Part shown: piece by piece, positions 49,001 through 54,341 of the stretch
Layout: each line of letters begins with the position of its first letter
How positions within the stretch are numbered: position 1 is the stretch's first letter
NCBI RefSeq assembly: GCF_018977255.1
Contig: NW_024705325.1
Location: 1-54,341, forward strand
Length of the DNA stretch: 54,341 nucleotides
Direction of reading: 5' to 3'
Source: Callorhinchus milii
Taxonomy: Eukaryota
Position numbers and translations under genes: made by a program
The notes under the pieces: generated by a model
Seen by the model: only the letters and a program-made list of their open reading frames with translations
Databases searched by the model: none
Told to the model about the DNA's origin: nothing

Positions 49001-52000
49001 CAGTGGACGAGATTCGAGTAAGTGAATTTTTATGGTGAAATAAGACGTCTTTCCGCCCATTCATGCTTAATGCTTAAAGGTCAGACATTCAGCATCGTTT
49101 TGATGAATTATCGCTAAGGACTCGGAGCGGAAAATCACACGGTGCATGCTCTGCTTTTAGGCCCCATAGACACTAGGATACCATTGTTATTAACGATGTC
49201 TCAACTCATGACAGCCAGTGACGGAGGTAAATATATTTTTTCCGATAGGCCTGTACAAAAATCTACGACCAATTCTTCTTCAGCTAAGTTACCTGTACTG
49301 TACCGTGCAGCCACTCATCCGGCTTAAGACTAGAGGACTGCGGATACTATCTAACCTAACTGGAATGCGCACCAGCGGAACTAACATTATACCCTGCTGA
49401 AACATATTATTGTCACTCGCGATGGAGAGCTTTGGCCACACAGGACACTACGGTAAACGGTCGTGCAAAGGTAAAGCGACCTGGGTCATCAGGAACAAAC
49501 TTCGTCCACGAATGTCGTAACCATGTTTAACCCTATCGTTACTGTGTTCTGAATTGGTGCGGAGGCGTTTATACTGCTCACAATGGGCGTCCCGTGTTTG
49601 AGCGTCTAGGCTTGTAAGCTTCCGCATCTTTCTTGACCTTCGCAGTATGCGCCACAAAAGTGATTCCCCACTAACTATAACCATACACACTTGTCATAGT
49701 CGGTTAGAGATTTTAAACCCCATAGTGAACACTGATAGAAGAATTGCCGAGGCCCCACACCCGGTTGAGTCTGCTCTGTTAATCTTAAGGACCCCACGTT
49801 CCTGACGCTGGGTGAACCCTTTTACAAAGCAGCAAAAACCACCCTACGGTTAACTGTTCTTGAATCACAAGGTCGATTCAAAATGAGTGAGGACCAGAGC
49901 AGGTGGAGTGCGTTGACCCTGTTTTGTGGGGACGTCAAGTATGAAACTGGTCACCCGCTGTAAAAGAGCAGCGAAGGCGTAATAGACTCATAGACATAAT
50001 GGTCCCTTGGACATTGAAAACTCTTTATGGTCTACATTGGACGCTGCGTTACGTATATATAGGGGAGCAGGTGTACGTACCACATAGACCATACGAGGAG
50101 GACCTTTATTGCTGCTTTCGTTTTGCTAGTTTAACCACTTGTACCCAAGTTTTTGCCCGACTGCTTCGCTTTCATTTTGTGTCTCCAACCTGCCTAGTTG
50201 CTCTGAGGTGCGAATGTTCGTCTCTCGTTTCGTGACATCTGTTATCCCTGCTCCAATTCACCACTCTCATACCATGTTTAGTCTCCACGGCAAAAGGGCG
50301 TTGACTTGACTATGCAAAGCCTTCTCTATATTTGACCCTAGTGAAGATTGAATAGCCCACTAGGAAGTTCCAGGACTTACAGTAAGCTAAAGCTTCTAGG
50401 CACCAGAGATCCTGAGAAATGGAAAAGATCGCGTAAATCACAGGTGTAGTCGCTGCCACCGACCCTGACGAAATCGTACATACGCGGTCACCTTCGCGTA
50501 GCCATTGTTGGCACCGCCTCCGACATGTCCGCGACGGCACAGTATATATAATAGCTTATAAGCACGAACAGAGGTGAGGGTATGATTGAGACCTCAGCCG
50601 GTGACCGTAATACGTTTTACGATCCGACACCACCGGAAGAAGGGATATTACTGCGTTTTGTATGAGCGCCCAGCTAAAAATAGACAACGTCTTTGTCCAT
50701 AATAAAAAACGCGTACGGTTATCCTTGTAGGATTCATAGGTGCCCTGCTGACCAGATACGATTAGGCGAGGGTGGGCTGGTTAGCGCGTTGTTACCCATT
50801 AAGGAAGACCCAGAGCTAAAGATACCAGTTTACTGCATATCTTATCCTCGTTGGCACACTTGAAGACCCACCACTAGATTGACTGTTCGCTGGCCCATAG
50901 ACGTGACCCACTCCAGTAGGCGAACTGGTAAGTGGCCCATTTTAGGGAAATGCGGCGATGAGAATTGCACCGCGGATGAGGCGTATTCTATGATCACCCT
51001 TGGTTCTCCTTGGACACTCAGCCAATGCCATAACGCCCCCAGAACACGAGTGTTTAATTATCTAATCGCTACGGACAGTTGTTCCAGTTGCACCTATCTC
51101 GGACTCAGAAGATTATATTGTTTGCTGTGACTATGCGCGCCCTAGGTCCGGAGTTACACAGTTGACCAAGCTACCTGGCATCAGTGGGCGTGTCATCCGA
51201 TATGGGTATCGATAACCGAAACCCAAATCGGCTCACGGTAAACCCTAAATGCATAAATCGACGAACACTGGAGGGTGTTAACGCTCGCCAATCGGGCACT
51301 GCGTGAAAAACCTGCATGAGAGTTGAATGCTGATATGCCTTGCCGATCTTTAAAGGACACGCGAATGTAACATCTTCATGAGACGTTTTGTGACGTGTTT
51401 CTAAGGAGAATCTTCCCAGAGCCTTTAACTTGAATTGTCAATGCGCGAAGTAGAGAAGTTGATAGGGAATCATGTGGCCTCTCGCAAAAATAAAAGCAAC
51501 CCCTGAGACGGCGCCGGATTGCAGCATACTCAACAAGTAATACAGTTGGAGCAATGGCAAATCCTGGAATGGCGTCCAGATCGTTGGCGATTGATCTGAC
51601 GGTTGGAGTCTGGAAGAGGCCAAATTGTAGCAAGCCTAGTCGGTCACGTCCATCACGGATTTATACTATCGTATGGCGTGTTGTTTGAAGCAAGCTCCCT
51701 GGGGAGGGATGACCATTCCATTCTCTGCGCGACCATTCGCCGGACAATGCGAAGTGTTAGCGAGCAGAGGTCAAACGAAGATTGGGTCGTGCCCTAAACT
51801 CAAGTTATATAATAGTTGGCTATAGCTAGAGTATAGCGAGGCTTATTTAGCTAGGTATTACAACTCTTACTGTGATACGGTCCACTTGTCGAATAGCAGG
51901 TTAGCTAAGCACTTTAATTAGTATGAACAACGGTGTGACGACTGGTAAGTATAAAATCCTAGTTGGCCGGATGATAGACATATCGCAGACGCTAGCGGGA

Positions 52001-54341
52001 CTTACCTAACTCCGTTGCGTATAGGAGATGGTTGTATGCACGAAATATCTTGTAGGGTTCGCAGAGACAGCCTACTTTCTACCAACCTCATTCTGCGGAC
52101 GTAGGGACGCGAGCTGCTCATCACTTCAAGGCAGTCCTGCGGTGCGATACTCCGGGATACCCTGCCTTTACAATTCTATCTGCAGCCGTACCGCGACGCG
52201 ATTGGAGACGCTTAGAGCGAACTCTAGTGACTGGCCCACGCAATGTCGCCCAATAACCTCTTGTTCCCGAACCGAGGCTTCTATCGGCACTACTTGTCTC
52301 TGAGCGCGCATGGCGGAGTATTACTAGAGGACACAGGTTCAAGGTTAGACGTGTGGCAACCGACAACCATGGATTTCCAGTGAACCTCCCAGCCTGACGT
52401 CTTCGAGACACTTCACCCATCTCACACTTCGAATAAAGGTGACAACCTCCGTCCACTAATATGATTTCGCCTCTAATAATCGGACCCCATAAAGCTTCCA
52501 CGGTCCCCTCGTACTCCCTCTGGCGTTGCAACTCACATTCTTGGTCGAGGCTCTAATGGTATGCACTATGAGATCACATTAACATTCCAACATTCGGTTA
52601 AGCAAATCGAATTCAGAATGCGGGATTGAAATAATTAGATTCCCCTGCTGACTGTGAACGGAGAAACGCAGCGTCCTCCGGAAATCATAATCGATAAGAT
52701 TAACGGCGAAACACACTACAGGAGAACGGACCTCCCAATAGATGAGTCCCGCCCATGGTCAGAATCGCTCACGACGCGAGGATGATCTCGTTTTGAGTCA
52801 ATCCGCACGTGGCAGCCAGGGCGGGACGTTTCCTGACGCCATGAAGCTAGAGTTATTAGGGTTAGCTCGAACACCGACATCCAGTTCGTAGCACAGACAA
52901 ATTATGGTTCGTGAAGGATTGGTCTCACATTATAGGTAAGCAAACTAAACCCAACGTCGAACTCGCGCCGGTACGTGGTGAAGAATGTATGTCTACGTGC
53001 TTCGCAGAAATCAAGTTGGCCTTCCTGTATTTAATCTTTTAGGTGGCTACGCCGATTTTGCAATTGAAAGGACTATAATTCCTGCTCACAGGTCAAGCCG
53101 AAATGCCGATTAGAAACAATCCCCCTTGGTTTCGCTTTGAGGTTTATCGAGAGACTTGTCTCCTCAGTACGCATGTATCCTATGGTTGTAGTCCTCTTGC
53201 GTATCTCCGCTCGGGCTGAATAAGACACGTGACGCGGCATCACTTTCTACAACGAGTACGAGACCTTGTCAGCTAGCATAGAAGTGCGCGGTGAATTCAT
53301 TGGGGCGCGACGTCTTTATCTCCGGAACCTTTAGAACCGTACGAGGGGGCGGGACTAAACGGAAAGCCAGAGTTATTCGATTTGCATAAACAGGCAATGA
53401 CCGGTTTAGCGCAGTCTCAGTCGTTTTGTACTGCATAGAGAGCATAGGACTGAGGTTTATTTGTGTCAGGCTCTTAGCCTTTTCGGCCATTCATCGAATG
53501 AACCTACAGGGCCCCGTGCGGTGAGCATCCACCGGCCACTAACCGCTCTTCAACAGTAAAGAACCATCGAGGCACGTAATTTAATAAACACAACGACTGG
53601 GCTATTGTTCTCTTCAACGGGTGTAACGCGGCGAGAGTGATCGGCGACGCGATACGAGTCAAATAATTTCCCTTCACATTTTAGCACGTGTAGCGACATT
53701 TGGCGCCGATTAATAAACTCGGAATGGTCTCTATCTTGCGGACAGTTGAATCAGGATAGGTTACCGCGTGAAATAGCGCTCAGTTCGATACGCCAGAAGA
53801 ATCCTCCGATTCATTAGGTCTTTTGTGGCAGTTCGCGGAGTCTGGCCGTTGTGGCAAAGTAACGGACGAGACTATGTGTTGGTTGTAAAAGTCTTGCCAC
53901 GAAGGTACTATTGGATGGCTCGATTGAACCCCTCCCGGCGAGGAAAAAGTTAACATGGTGTTGACAAATCGCCCGTTGCGAGACGGTAACTCACAGCCAC
54001 AGAAGGGTGTACTGGTAAGTTAGCTGGGATTCGCCTAAGTTTGCCTAGGGTTCGACTTCGCATGTTAAACTGGTAATGGGAGTTGTAAGATGACGGGACG
54101 ACCTTGTTCTTGAATGCAAAATGTAGGCTCTAAAGATGTCTGTCTTGCCGGGCTTGGTCCCCCTAAGTGCAAACAGTCCGGTACAGTCAGAACTCTGTGT
54201 AAAGCTATCCATACTAAATCGGCATGATAAAGACAACCCGTCGTAGTTATCAGATAATCCGTAACGCGATCAACGCAGGAGCTCCTCAAGACGCAAAGGT
54301 TGTACCGCTGTCCAAAAATCGTCACGAATTTAGACGCGCTC
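28041..54341. other. Featureless sequence consistent with random or shuffled DNA
   Basis: Roughly even base usage by eye, frequent TA, CTAG and CG, and no microsatellites, SINEs, further OLA1 exons or recognisable protein. Longest ORF is 146 aa. Confidence 0.85.

Overview
The window has two very different parts joined by a 30-N spacer (28011-28040). Bases 1-28010 are GC-rich, repeat-dense vertebrate genomic DNA; the very high exon GC3 and the repeat landscape suggest a lamprey (inference). This part lies inside the OLA1 (Obg-like ATPase 1/YchF) gene on the + strand, with three internal coding exons (7196-7371, 16255-16335, 19997-20094) and canonical GT-AG sites. The introns hold tRNA-derived SINEs, decayed RTE, Vingi-like and L2 LINE remnants, a hAT-type MITE with an 8-bp TSD, microsatellites and several repeat-free blocks that look like conserved enhancers. 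The most interesting signal is two related families of short Penelope-like retroelement derivatives. Family 1 carries minimal hammerhead ribozyme motifs, one with an intact core on the OLA1 sense strand about 256 nt upstream of an exon. Family 2 looks like a palindromic MITE but has 12-17 bp variable TSDs, a one-sided ~30-bp tail and a 3' end homologous to family 1. Bases 28041-54341 show no recognisable gene, repeat or compositional structure and read like random or shuffled sequence, so no biological feature is called there.
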